DNA of 60,268 nt, filler included, from Hausera hauseri (GCA_046269625.1; 10 parts of 10 records of this genome joined end to end with filler, not necessarily neighbours in it); one strand, 5' to 3'. Shown: positions 12,485-26,176, counted from the whole stretch's first letter. Program-made: numbers and translations. The notes: generated from the letters alone by a model not told the origin.

Positions 12485-15400
12485 AATTCAACAATCTTTA
12501 ATAAGTAACCTTTCCAAATTGGATAACATTTTGACTTGACTTTATTTTATTTTATTACTAATTTTGTGAATAAATTTTTCATTCTTATCTTCATGATGTT
12601 CTTCTTGTAAAACCCGTTGAAGGGTGTCCAATTATTACCACTGATATTGTATTATATTGTTAACCAAAGTAACGACCATCATTCCTGCAGTTTTTAGAAA
12701 TTTAAATAATTAGAAATTTTAAATAATAACTGACAATATACTAAATGAACAATCATTATTGCAGTTTTGGTAGAAATTAGTATTTAATTGCAATAATAGC
12801 AATAGTGCTCTGTGTCAAGCACCAAAATTAACGTCTGTGTCAATCACCAAAATTTAGAATTAGGAAAGTGCCTTACACCAATTAACAAAATTTAAAAATT
12901 TAGAAAATTGCTCAGAACAAAATGATTGACACCAAGGAAAATAAGCAATGTGGAAATTCATAATACAAAATGCATTTAGTTAATGGACAAGCAGATTTTG
13001 AAATCCATTTACTTAATGGACTAGCAATTTTAGATTTAGAAAACATTTGCGGAGTGAATTTGGTTAATGGACAAAAAGGTTTTAAAAAATCCATTTTAAA
13101 ATAATTGACATTCCAGAACATAATGGATCGACATATTTTAAAAATTATTTTTGAAAATGACTGACGTAAAAAGCTGGTATATAAGCCAGTGACGTCCAAA
13201 CAAAAAACTAACCTACATAACCTGACTTAAAAAAATTTTTGCAGTAGCAAATTAGTGATAAATACAACGAATATTCGAATAGATATTCGCGAAGATATTC
13301 AGAAGAAGAATCTGTTAATTAGATCTCCAATCTTAGTGAACGAATAGTAAATATTACTGTTTTCTAATTGACATTAATGAAATATAGAAATCCATCTCAG
13401 AAGAACTGCTGAATTGGATCCAGCTTACTAAAGGAAACTATATTCCCATTATTATAAAGTATCGATGAGTATGTCCAACCAAATGAACGAACCGAACAAT
13501 AATGACAATACCGGTAAATAATTTTGAGTTTCCTTTGATGATAAAGAGTATAAATAAAATTGATTTCCTTCGATCATAGAGGTGTTGAATGAAATTGATG
13601 GTCGTTACCCTGCAGTATTGTTGTAATTATTTGTAATATAATATATATTTGAAATAATAAATTTACCTTAATATTCGATTTTGATAATGTGGTTAGATAA
13701 TGGTTAATCGGTTAATTCATCGATATGGTTGACTCAGATTATAACATCAGTGCGAATTGTATACAAAAATCATACGGACCACATGGACGAGGAATGACTA
13801 CGATTTATGGTAATCCCCGAACAATAGACTTCCTATAACGAATTGGAAAGTGATGGAATATCATTAAATGAACCGCGTCGTCGAAACAAGATCTATTGAG
13901 ACGAGGATTGTGGATAAAGAAATAATTCATGACTGCTTCTAGTGATTCTCTGACGATGATATTGATAGAAAACTACAGATATCTTTGTGCAATCAAATAA
14001 TGATAATTCGTTAATCAGGACAAGATGAAAACGACTTTTAAATTATGAATCTACTTTTGGTGATTGAAATAAATTGATCATGGGATATTGGAAAGTATTG
14101 GGACTATTCCCAGCAACTTCATGCATAATGACAATTGTCCCATACTGAAATTAAATTATGAGTTGGCAAGGATAATAACATGGAGATGAAGGGTATGAGT
14201 CTGTGTAAAACTAAAAACATGATTAATCGTTTTGTATACGTTGATTGATCATCGAGAAAAGGGGGGTAAATATTGACTCTCCAGAGGGTTATGTGGTTGA
14301 GAATATGTATAAATCGACAGTAGTAAGTTTAAATGATCAAATTATATGTTATATATATACCTATGAACACAGAATGAGAGTGAATAATAATAAAAATGTC
14401 AAAGGTATTATATAATCCCTATATCTCAATTTAATACAAGCATGTATATATCTATATTGTATTATATTATATTATTGTAGATGAGGAAGAATAATGTCAT
14501 GAAGTAATGTAATCATGGTTCACATCATGAGATATTTTAAATCGCAATAAAGATAATGAGTAAAATTTGTCAAGAACAACAGGATAAGAATTGATGAAGC
14601 CATTATGAACAATAGTCACTGATAAAAATAAAAATCCAATACATGATGATTAATGAAATACAAAATTATCTCAGAACTTTTGAAAGGAGATGATAACATT
14701 ATACAAAATAATTGAGCACAAGTTATACCAAAAAATTATGATAGTTGATGTCTTAGTAATGAATACATAAAAGAGAGGCTGACACAATGAAGATATACAG
14801 AGTCCCATTTCGAACGACCAAATTACCCTGATCCATAGAGTACTAATCTAATGTAATCCCGGAATACTTGACTTTATATGTGATTATCCCCGAAACAATA
14901 TTACAACCATTTCATCCAAGGTATGTGTCGGATCAAATGTCCTCGTAAAGACGTATCGTTATATAATTATAACTGAATACATTAAATACTCTAAGTTTAT
15001 GAATACCTTTTGATTTAGCATAAACCTCTTAATTATGAATGAAATTTTACCCATGCTTTGGATCAGTGAGGTTTCTTTAAAGTTTTATTTCCAACTTATT
15101 CAATTGATAGAGTATTTTACGATGGGTGGATTAACGATTTAAAGTTTTATTACAAATTATTTTTACTAATAATACACAGTACAATGACTAGATCAATAAC
15201 ACGAACCGTAAAGGTCAACGTATGATTTAACGACACCAACATAATTTTGATACTAAGAATCTAAAATAATTACTCTGATCACAACTGTTTTGGATTATTG
15301 TAGTCTCTATTATAATTCTTTTAAGCACAGAAATAATTTTTGTAAAAACATCAGCTGGCCAGAAAAGTCAGCTTTTTGGTGAATCTGCTGTCATACAATC

Positions 15401-16134
15401 AAGTGTGATGGCCACTAGTGTAGATTAGTCTTTTGCCTGGATAGCTGAATGAACCATAGGAGTCTTAATTTGTCACTTGTATTCATGCCAATGTGTCCAC
15501 ATTCAGCATAAAATAGCATTCATTGTGATGTTTAAGCTCCTCTGTCCACTCTGTTTTTTGAATGCAAAAGTAAGAACATAGCCTTCATGTAAACATGAAA
15601 AGATCTGTAACCTAAAAAAGTATAATGAAAAGATGTGGACTGTATCAAATCCTTTTTTTTTGCATTTAATATCAGGAGTAAGATTATTAACAGATTTCAG
15701 CAAATAAAATATGCAGGTGTGGCTGTTGGCTGTTGTTTTAGGCTCTTATCAAGCTTTCCACAAACATTTCAAACAAGCTGACCGGACTTTGTGATGATGC
15801 TCATCCTGCAAACAAAATGTGGTTTGTCTCCAAACTGGGGACAAAAGCACATTTATACACTCACTTAAACTTTGGGAGAAGTATGCTTCAAGTGTGTCTC
15901 CATATCCACCAAACCCCCATAAGTGGTGGGAGTCGTGAGGGCTGGTCAAAAAAAAAAAAGTTCCCCTTGGCTGCTGGAGCAGAGATAATTAGAGCCAGGT
16001 TCAGTCGAGGTTTTGGTATTCACAACTCAAGCCAAGTTTTGGTCTTCACAACTTCTCTTGCCAGACAGGCTGTGTGTGAGCCGGTCGACGGACCAGGCAA
16101 CATATTTTGGCATGTCTTATTTATTTTTTTCTCT

Positions 16135-16234
16135 NNNNNNNNNNNNNNNNNNNNNNNNNNNNNNNNNNNNNNNNNNNNTTAATTAATTAANNNNNNNNNN
16201 NNNNNNNNNNNNNNNNNNNNNNNNNNNNNNNNNN
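16135..16234. other. Artificial contig linker 3
   Basis: Same 100-bp spacer. Confidence 0.99.
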
Positions 16235-19200
16235 TAGTTTACGTCGAACACATAAGTTCCGTTGTCAAACTTCTTATTTAGGAAGGTTTCCAATAAGAGG
16301 AATCGTTTGAAGACTATTGCATGATGTAGTGGTGTACTACGTAATTTGGCTTGGAAAATAGCTTGAAATACTTTATTGTCGTAGGCATAGTCGAATATCA
16401 GGATCGCCAAATTATGTCGACCATATCGTATAGCGAGCAGCAGAGGAATATCTCCGTCGACGTTAGGTATATGTAATGGTGCTTGTGATTGGATAAGCAT
16501 AAGTATGAAAAAGTCGTGACACTCGCTCATAATGGCCAAATGAATGATAGTGTTTCCATTTGTGTCTTGGAATTTCAATGCTTCAGCAGCTTTATCGCCT
16601 AATTGGGTTATAGCTTCTCTAGCTCGATCTTCGTTTCCAGATGCTACTGCTAACATTAATGGAGTTGTTCCAGCTTTATTGACTATTATATATTCTACTG
16701 TGTCGGTCGGTTCGTCCGTACATCCCAACATATATCGTTTTGCTCTGGGAAGTATTTGTTCCTTATGTGTTTCAACATAAGGGTAATATTCTTCTTCTTT
16801 AATGTTCGATAGCCATTTTTCATCACCATAAATTTCAAGATCGTAATCCAAGTTGGTCAGAGGAATTTCAAATTGTCTGGTGTAATTGAGTGTTGGTTCA
16901 TGACGGAATAGGTTTCTTTTTCCATGTTTACGCTTGTATATACATATAGCAATAATTGCTATTACAACAAGTATAATAGTAGTGGGTAATACAATTACGA
17001 TTAGTAAAAGTTTGTTGTAATTTGACTGGAGTCGTTGTAACGGCTCAGTTGATGGTAATATAATATTTAATGTTCCATTGTCCTTGGGAGAGTCTGTAGA
17101 TATTCTAAAAACGAATTTTCCTCTTTTCATTATCTCATTGAGTGTAGGAAATTTGAATAGTGAGTTTACTCCCTTTCTGAGTGTAGTGACTTCGAATAGA
17201 GCAACTGTTTTTAATTTTCGTAATGGATCGTAGTGAAGCAATTGAATATGAGCTAGATAGGGATAGTCTGATATCAATTGAGCGCACTCAACATGTGTAT
17301 TAGTAATTAGGAATCAAGCGTCATTTGTATTTTCTAGTGTAACGATAAAGTCAGGATTTGGCAAACTGAACATTATGCGATCAGATCTTACTTGCACATA
17401 GATGTCTAATGGCTTGAGCGGAATCATCTGAATACGTTCTGGAGTTTGTCTTATTCCTGTTATTAAGTAGGGAATTTGATTATGAACTGAATAATGGAAA
17501 CTGCTCAACCAGAAGGTATTTGGACAAGATGATTGTAATTGCAATGTAAGGAGTATTTGTCGATTATCTTGTTTTGTGCATGATATTGGAGGTCTGGGGC
17601 TTGTGACCTCTAAGGTATATACTTCGTCAATATATCGTTTCGCAGCGCATGATAGGGTGTAGCTGACTCGACTGATTTGAGGTGCTACCAATAAAATTCC
17701 TTTTTTATTAAATATCTTTGCTCCGACTCGTTTATTGTCTTCAACCGAAGGGGCGCATGGTATCATTGATGCTTTTCTTTCTATTCCAGTTACTGTACAT
17801 CGCCATATACCATCTATGACACGAAACATGGAGAATATTAATGAGTACTCTTGGTCAGGTCGTGTAAATATGCAAGTTGATTGATTATGTTCTCGGGAAT
17901 AGTGAACATTATTTTGTCCGAGAGTTGTATCAGCATATCGTGTGGTTATTTGCATTACTCTACCTTTTGGGATCTTCCTATCCCATTCAATTGGTAAGCA
18001 TGGTCGTTTATAGTCAGGTTGCCCTATAAACACTCTCTCTTCTAAGAATGATCTATCGATTTTGGTTAACTCTTTCTGTTCAGGTGAATTGTCTGTTAGA
18101 GATAATGTAACTGTTTTGGGTCTTAGTGGTATCATTATTTTGAATTTTCGATCTTCATAGAGGGGTGAATTCCTGTCTTTCGACATGTGTATCTGCACTG
18201 AATAGGCGATTCCGGGCTTAACTTTACAACAATTCTCCCCATACGTGGACGTGGTCGTACATAGCATTTTTTCTTTTCTATAGAGTGTTAACGTACCCCA
18301 ATTTTCGTTCATAGTTTTATTATTGTTTATTTCAATTCGTGGGGTAAATAATTTCAGCGATAAGCACTTTCTCGTATGATTATATTGGATGTATAGGTCT
18401 CCTGGGGTAGTTCCTTGAATATCCCATGATTCTTCCTTTGGAATTCCTTTAAAATACTTCATGAAGTTTGAAAATGTGTCTAGTGATGTCTGGCTAAATA
18501 AATTTGCTGTTCTTGGCACATTTACGGCTGGCTGTGTAGATGAATCTGGTATACAACAAACCAGTATGCTCATTGGTAATAGCATTCGATGAGGTTTTAA
18601 ATCATGTTTAATTCGTGGTGGATGAGTTTTGTTAGGTTTCTTGATTTGTATATGGTTTTTGACATATAGAAATACTACCCATATTAATATGGAAACGAGA
18701 ATAATGACAGGTACGATAATTGTCAATAATAGGTATTCATCAACTTGCCTTGTTGTCGCAATGAGCTTTTGATTTTTTATCAATATCTTATTTTCACCTG
18801 GTATGGTTTGTGGTTCCGTATGAACGTCAAGTCGTTTGCCAGTAGTAGTTATGTGACACAGGGCTATTGTCTTCTGCTGATGTGTTATCTGTACTATGTA
18901 AAGACATTGAGGTTTGAGATTGTCACAGGTAATAGATGTATCCGTAAGTATTGAACACTTGACCGTATCGCCATCGAATGTTATCATATAATTTTTGTTT
19001 GGGAGGTTGAACACGACGTTTTTATCGGTTATTCGATAGGAAATGTTCAAAGGAATAAATCGAATTGTCTGGATATACTCGGAAAGTTGTAAGCCGTCGT
19101 ACGACGCACGCAATGGTGAATTAAGAGCATTACAATAAGTTGTACTAATCCAAAACATATTTGAACATGGAGATGATAGTTGCAAGGTCAACAGTATTTG

Positions 19201-20223
19201 TCTGTCATTGCCTGGTACACAGATTCCCGATGGTTCTATGCTAGAATATTCCATATTATAATCCTCATCATGTGTTAACTTTGCTGTGCATGTTATAATG
19301 TAGGTGACATTTTCTATTCTGGGTATAATTCTTATAATTCCTTTGGAGTTATCTACATCAGCACTTATTGATCGATCGTATTCAGGTGTTAGACGACATC
19401 CATTATTATTATCTTTAATGGGACTGTCCTTTTTAGTTCTTACTCTCATTGGTTTAATAGTTGTTGTTTCTAGGGGTATTTTAACAAGGATGGTTTGTCG
19501 CATGGTAATATTGTAACCGAACCCATTTGATCCTATGGTGATCTGTGATAACTGAAAAGTCAAAGAATAAGCACGTCCTTGAACAACCGAACAACATTTG
19601 TTATCCTTTAACTCTGAATGGGCAACACAAATAGGTCTATTTGCTTCAAACAGTGTCATTACTTCCCTTTCTTGTCCATTCAACCCACTTACATAGGTTA
19701 TCATCAAGCATTTTATCTTGGAATTATAATGGATTGAAAAAACCTTGAACACGAATCGTCGATTATTACTCAAGTCCAAACTCACATTTTCTGGTAATTT
19801 TGAATAGTCTTGATATATAATATGTAATTCTTGTCTTTGGTCAAAATTTGAGGTCAGGGTTTGATTCAAATGAGGTGTAGAAGCTAACTGAGCTAAAACA
19901 TTGGTCATGCATAATGCTAATATACAGGAAAATAAAGTCATTTTGCTAAGATTTGATTGTATTCTTTGGTTTTGATGGTTTACTAAATTACTTTCGGTAT
20001 TTCGTTGATCATTCAATTCAATAAAGCCTTCACTTGAAATGGATCCCGTACTTACTGTAGAATTCATGTTCTGTCTATTTTCAGCAAACGGATCATCTAA
20101 TACATGGTTTGAATTATTCAATTCGGTGGGACTTACGCTAATGATAGGCTCTTCTTCTTCTTCTGTTATTGATTCCAAGTTACATTTATCTTTTGTGGTA
20201 GATTTTGGCAGAAGTCGAAGCAA
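16235..20223 (-). CDS. Large multi-membrane polyprotein: signal peptide - FN3-like Cys modules - TM - signal peptide - FN3-like modules - TM - ankyrin repeats (one in-frame TGA at 17314-17316; 3'-truncated)
   Basis: The 969-aa and 364-aa ORFs share one frame (TNDA*FLITNTHVECAQLISD); hydrophobic segments MTLFSCILALCMTNVLA, YLLLTIIVPVIILVSILIWVVFLYV, MLLPMSILVCC, LLLIVIVLPTTIILVVIAIIAICIY; ankyrin motifs GTTPLMLAV, GNTIIHLAI, GDIPLLLAI, STPLHHAI; no introns evident. Confidence 0.75.
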
Positions 20224-20599
20224 TTTGTCGATATTTTCTTCCGTTCTCTCCCAGGCTTTTTTTATCTCTGGTAGGTCCTCGGAATTTCTTTTCCTTTCTT
20301 AAATAATGCTTTACATTAATTGTATGTATCGACATTTCTATCAAGTACCACTGGTAGGGCAATTTAGTCAACACTATTGCTCTTTGCGGTATTTTAGCTA
20401 AATATTTTATTAAATGTATCTTTTCTTTAGGTAATAAATTTACTTGGGTTAGTCCTAAATAAGCCATCACTCTATTAATCCATCTGGTGCTATAAACTAT
20501 TTTGCTATCTATTCCGTATTTTTGAGCGAGCGAGTCTATTCTCTCATAGTGTAATTGTATTGATCGATAATAAATCTCGAAAGTGCTCGCTCGTGTTAG

Positions 20600-20699
20600 N
20601 NNNNNNNNNNNNNNNNNNNNNNNNNNNNNNNNNNNNNNNNNNNTTAATTAATTAANNNNNNNNNNNNNNNNNNNNNNNNNNNNNNNNNNNNNNNNNNNN
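20600..20699. other. Artificial contig linker 4
   Basis: Same 100-bp spacer. Confidence 0.99.
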
Positions 20700-21246
20700 A
20701 ATGCTACATGAGTCTGAAAGTACATTTCCTCCATTCCCACAAGGATTTTCCCCAAAACCTTGGATATTTCAGTAAGGAGCAAGGAGAAAGCTTTCAGGAG
20801 GACATCACGGAAATGGAGCATAGATATCAGGGGTACGGCAATGTCAGAATGATGGAAGACAACTGCTGAAATATAAAACGAGATTATATTGTTAGCATGA
20901 AAGGACGCAAATCCATAAACGTACATTTTCACGTGAATAAGTGAATCTTTTGAACAATGCATCAATTTCAGTTCTTTTATTATTCTAGATATATGATGAA
21001 GTGATAGTTAATAATTTTAACTTGTTCTTTGTTGTGTTACAAAAACAAATTAATTACAGCTTGGCCTATTCAGGCACTTGATTGTTGTAACTTAATTTTA
21101 ATAAAACTTGAATGTTTAATATGATTCTGCAAAAAAACTTACGTGATACAGAAAAATGTTTGCCATATTTAGAATCAGCACACAAAAATAATATAGTCAC
21201 ATGAAAATTCAAAACATCAGACACAAAATGAAAATTTGCAGCAGTG
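20700..21246 (+). mobile_element. 3' end of a Chapaev-like (CMC superfamily) DNA transposon
   Basis: MSLKVHFLHSHKDFPQNLGYFSKEQGESFQEDITEMEHRYQG matches the MSLKxHFLHSHLDFFPxNLGxVSDEQGERFHQDI transposase C-terminus; candidate terminus ..GCAGCAGTG at about 21246. Confidence 0.6.
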
Positions 21247-21555
21247 TTTTTTCTACATACAGCTCACGAAAGTCGAAATTCAAATACTGAATATCAGTCA
21301 CGAAAATTGTCTTTATGATCAGGTCATATAAGGGTCGTGTTGGATGTTAATAACATTAAGCAACATGAGTAGAAAATGCAGATCATGGCATTTTCTTAGA
21401 ACCACAGTTTTAAAAAATTCCTTTAATCCTGTGCTGTGGAAGGATTGAAGTACAAATTGAGCAGAATTGTTACGTAGCCATAATATGTTATATCTTCTTC
21501 AAATACCGGATGTAAAGTTGACTGCATTTGTTTTAAATTTCATTGAATGTCCTAT

Positions 21556-23629
21556 TTACCTACTTTCAGAAATCATTGAATTTATTTGATTATATTCTAT
21601 ATCATCATTATCAGGTATACTATACGAGGATTCTTTCATGTCTTTTCTTTGTAGAATTTTCCTTTTCCATAGTGCATCGTGGTTTGCTAAAAAACAACTT
21701 GCTACTGCCGGTATTACAGCTATTAGGACTTTCCATGAGCATCCTACTGCTGCATGTATTCCATATATCTTACCTAGTGCCATAAATACTGTCTTTATGG
21801 TGCTAATAATAAAATATAAAGCCAAAAAACCGGAAGCTGCTTAACCGAAATATAAGAACTTTTCAGACATCTTCTCCATAACGTTTTTGTTACCTTCTTT
21901 AAATAGTCTTTACCCATTAGATTTTCCCATTGTGGTGATCTTTCGCCATCCCACATTACTCTCCTGGTTAATTCTGTTATAACTCTTTGTCTCTGTTCGG
22001 GGAATAATAGCATGCGCCGACAATCTTCTAGATTTTGTTGGGTATAAATTCCTCCCTAAGATATTTCTGCTAACTGTTCAAATTTTTGATTCTTTGCAAA
22101 TTAATTAAACTTAATGTCTCTGGCTTCGGCACTGGCTCTCTTTTTAGCATTCGGATCCATTTGCCATTATCGATTTTAAACATCGGCGACATATTGAAGG
22201 TACAATTATATAGTGGAGTAGGTTTCACGTTAATATCCAATAGTATTCGGGTTACTGGCATCACGTGTCTCGCTTCTGTGTGGTAAACTACTGGTAATTC
22301 CAGTGTACATTCATCCGTTAGTGTAATTGATACCTCTACTTTTTTGCATTCTATTGTTATCAGAACCTCACCCATCACTCGTCCGATAATACCGTCACCG
22401 AAAGGCATTACTGGCGCTACCATATCTGGGTTTGTTATTACTAATGCCATTTTATTACGCATTATTTCGTAATTCAACTTGCATTCGTTCATTACTATTT
22501 CTCGATACAAACCTCTAATTTCCTTCCTTACATAATTAATTAGAAAATCGATCTTATTATCGAAATATTGTGCTAACTTGATATTTTTCTTATTTATTTT
22601 AGTTTTCGCCCCGGGTATTTCTTTTCTCGATAAGAAAATACCCTCATAGTTAGTTTTGATATTTATTCGCTACACTTATTTGCTACTCCCGTGATTTTGA
22701 ATCGCATCATTTCTTCTGGATTTTCCGAATATACAATTGTAGATATCTCCATCATTTTGACTTCTTTTGTTCCTTCTTTATATGTTGCTGTTTCTTTTTT
22801 CGCCGTTTTTCCTACTGCTTTGTTAAACTTTTCTTCCTTTAACAGTGTCAACTGGCATTTACTTGAAGAAGTTTCTCATGTCATTTTTGATTTTCCAGTA
22901 TCACATTCGCCATTATCATATTCGCACTCACTCATCGTCGTCATCAATTTTGTTTGTGAGTCGAATAATCCTTCATATTCTTTCAACTGGATCTGGTAAT
23001 CTTCTATGGCCACTGTTCTAGGCGCGATGGTACCTCCAACGTCATAATCTACTCCCTTACAGGTGCTTCCGTTGTTTTATTTATTAATCCTGCCCTGAAA
23101 ATCCTAGTATATTTTATCCTATGTCGTACTGCAGGTATATGCGCGCTTTGTATAGTTATGATGCCAATCTTAAAAACGTCCTGGCATTCTGCTGGTGATA
23201 TTATTATTGGTTTGAAAGGTGTTGTTGGCTCGATTATGGCCGAATTTCTCGAATAATAAGCACAATTAAACAGGAAAAATGATCCTTTTACGTAACATTC
23301 CCTGATTTTTGCTTTATAAACTCAGATTCTTGGTATACCCAGTATGTAAGCCCACCTGTAGTTGTTAACTGTTCTAGATCGGCCTCTGGACATTTCTTCA
23401 AATCTACTAGGGAGTATTTCTGTCCTTTGCTAGGTTTAGAGCAATCGTAAGCTACTATACCTACAGATTTCGGCATCAATAGCGACGTTATTAGGAGAAT
23501 TTGAAGAATTTCCATCATTGACATACCTGTCATGCCTAGTCTAGAAACGTTTGGTTGCATTGCAGTATGTGTATTTACTAATCTTTCTCGTTCTCCTGAC
23601 CTCATTATATTAGTCATTGGGCTGTTCAA
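21556..23629 (-). pseudogene. Env: chuvirus-type / herpesvirus gB-like (class III) fusion glycoprotein, full length but disrupted
   Basis: Signal peptide then IVAYDCS..YSLVDLKKC; LYREIVMNECKLNYEIMRNKMAL..PD..GRVMGEVLITIECKKVEV..ECTLELPV..PVTRIL..PMFKIDNGKW; GIYTQQNLE..MLLFPEQR; C-terminal hydrophobic ASGFLALYFIISTIK..GCSWKVLIAV. Confidence 0.85.
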
Positions 23630-23746
23630 CCATCCACCTCTACATTGAGCCCAGCTTCCTAGTGTATCCTTTAAAATCTTTAAGGATGTCTTTATATTTC
23701 GTTCGATCTCTTCTAGATTTTGAGTCTGATGATTAATTACTATTAT

Positions 23747-24970
23747 TTAATAGAGCAGGTAAAATATAGCCGTTTGAGCTTTCTCTCGTGTGATCCCTGT
23801 TGCGAATATCTTCTCCAAAATATCTAGCTCAGGCAGTTCGTTTATTCGTTCTTTGTCTAAATTCTCATAGAATTGTCGATTTATTCGCAGCATGCTATTA
23901 CGTAACGTGTTGAATAGTTCGTCGGGAATTATTGTCTGCATGTCAAATGAGGCAAATGACGTATGCCGCCTAGCCAATAAAGTTCTTAGTAATGGATCAA
24001 TATCCACCGATTCGGGTGTGCCATTTGTTCCTGCTAGTAACAAACGTCTTGCTATTTCTTCATTTCTATCTTTCCTATTGCGTATATCACTTATTTTTGT
24101 TCCTCTCGGCCTACCTCTTCTCTTGGTCTCTGTCTGAACTGTGATGTCTTGTGTATCACCCATGGGGTACTCTACTTTCTGCGGTTCCATTTCCCTTAGG
24201 ATATTCTCCACTGTTGTCTGTGCTCTTGCCTCTGGATGTATTTTGGTTATCGTTATTGGATTGTAGTTCTCACTTCTACATCATATTCTCAGTAACTTAT
24301 CGTAATTATATAGTGTTCTTCCATAATAATTTAATCCATAAGGACTATCTTGATAAAAAGTCTCAAACTCCTCAATCTTTTCTCTTAAAGTTTGTACATC
24401 ATCTATTTCGTTCATCCTGATGACCCTCATATCCTGGTTTCCTTCTTTTACCGTTATTCGTATAGCTTCATTCCTGCCTTTCTCATCTTCTGCGGCTTTG
24501 GCCAATACTGTCCTGGCTATTTTTTTGACAGGACTGGCATCTTGGGCTAATAATACCAACTCAGGTAAGATTTTTTTCATTCTTTCTACCGTTACATTAC
24601 TAGTGATTATCTTCAATATCGTGGTAGTCGCTTTATCCACATCGATTATATTACCAGGATCTACAGCCAATACTGCCTGAATGATATCCTCCTCCTCGTC
24701 TAAGTCTACCCCTGGGTTCCTTATTATTTGGTCTAATATAGTTTATCAATATTGGTGTAGCTTGAGGTTCATCTTCGTCCAGTGAGGGTTTACTAAGGTT
24801 ACTCTTCGTTCTTCCTTTTTCTTTTCTTTCACTACCTCTTCCCTCTCTGTTGACGTCTCTCTTGATCCAACCTTTGCGTCAATTATTTTCTTATTACCTT
24901 TCTTCCTTCCTTTATGAGATGCTCTTTTTTCTGGTTGATCTCCTATCATGTATGTATTACTCTCTTTCAA
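23747..24970 (-). pseudogene. Unknown charged/coiled-coil region between gag and env, with an AT-hook-like motif
   Basis: Same-strand ORF fragments 24746-24970, 24281-24670 and 23747-24211; KRRGRPRG motif. Confidence 0.5.
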
Positions 24971-25189
24971 TTTTTGCTGTTGTCTTTTATACTCTTAGTT
25001 CTATTTCCAATTGTTTTTTATGTGTTGAGGTAGTCTGTCATTTATATAATTGACACTTTATTTCTTTTTATCGTTTTTCTTAACTTCTGGTTCGCTATCC
25101 TCCGTTTCATATTCTCTATCCGATGATTCGTCTGACATAGCTGATGTGTGATCCTTCTTTTATTTATTTTTATTACTTGCTTTTGAGGG

Positions 25190-26030
25190 GTCTCCTCTAC
25201 GTGATCTACATGATTTCGCTATATGTTCATATATATATTACAATTAAAACATTTCAATCTTCCTTCGGAATTTATTTTAGGTAATGCCCTTCCATCCTTT
25301 TTGGACCTCTTCTTATAACTCATTTTCTCTCCATCGTTTCGTAGATTAAATCTCACTTTCTTTTCTGTATCTTATTCAGCTTCCGTGGCTGACGTTTGTG
25401 ACGGACTTCTACTTTTTTCATAACGTTGATACTTTTAAGAACTATTATTTCTTCTTCTGTCGTATCCAATGTTATTATAATTAGACTTGTTCCATGTATA
25501 CAGTTCTGTATCTGGTTCGGCCTTTCGCGCCTTTCTTATTGCTTCCTGAAAAGTAGGTGGGTCTGATTGTGAGATTATCGTCCTTAATCTTTCGTCCAAT
25601 CCGTATTGAAATTGAGCTAGGAGCGCATTATTTCTTGTAGTAACGTCTGGATATGCTCTTGGTGCGAGTTTTTTCAATGCACAGACAAATTCTTGGATGT
25701 TTCATCTTTACGTTGCCTCCTTCTTATAAACTCTTCAATTCTCCCCTTTCCAGAGGGATCTATTAAAAACTTTTCAGGCAGTTTTTCTTTAATTCCCTTC
25801 TAGTCCTTCTTGTCTTCATCGGGCATTTGAAAATAAATCATAAGGGCCGTCCCATTTAAATTTATGGGTAATTTTTCCATTCTTTGCTTATCGTCCCAGC
25901 CAAAACTTTTGGAATAGACTTCATATTCTTTCATAAAATCCTGTATATCTTCTTTGCCCGAAAACTCTTTCATCGGTAGGGTGAAATCAGCCTTCGACTG
26001 AATCACCTGCTCTACGTTATGATTCGCCAT
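25190..26030 (-). pseudogene. Ty3/gypsy gag (capsid + CCHC zinc knuckle), disrupted
   Basis: FSGKEDIQDFMKEYE..GWDDKQR..LPINLNGTA; LKKLAPRAYP..QFQYGLDERLR..PPTFQEAIRKA; knuckle KCFNCNIYEHIAKSCR at about 25200-25260. Confidence 0.85.
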
Positions 26031-26157
26031 GGGTTCGTCCTCACTTAAATTTCTTAGATATTCTAGTCCGAAAGGCTAGTCTTTTTGTGGTTGGTAAACT
26101 GTTCCTCTTCTTGTGGTAATGGTGATACATTTTTAATCCAAAGGTCTTCAATCAATG

Positions 26158-26176
26158 ATCCCGGGTCACGGCACCA
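26158..26176 (-). promoter_or_regulatory. Primer-binding site complementary to tRNA-His, just after a 5' LTR end
   Basis: Minus strand ..TTGAACA aac TGGTGCCGTGACCCGGGAT, about 130 nt before the gag ATG. Confidence 0.85.

Noticed and set aside
13200-16134. Possible decayed coding sequence or DNA transposon
   Set aside because: No motif recognisable by eye in the frames examined; needs BLASTx.
17314-17316. Programmed readthrough or selenocysteine at in-frame TGA (also 28868-28870)
   Set aside because: The first TGA aligns with Cys in the internal paralog and is one substitution from TGY; related elements carry many random lesions, so nonsense mutation is simpler. Revisit if conserved among copies.
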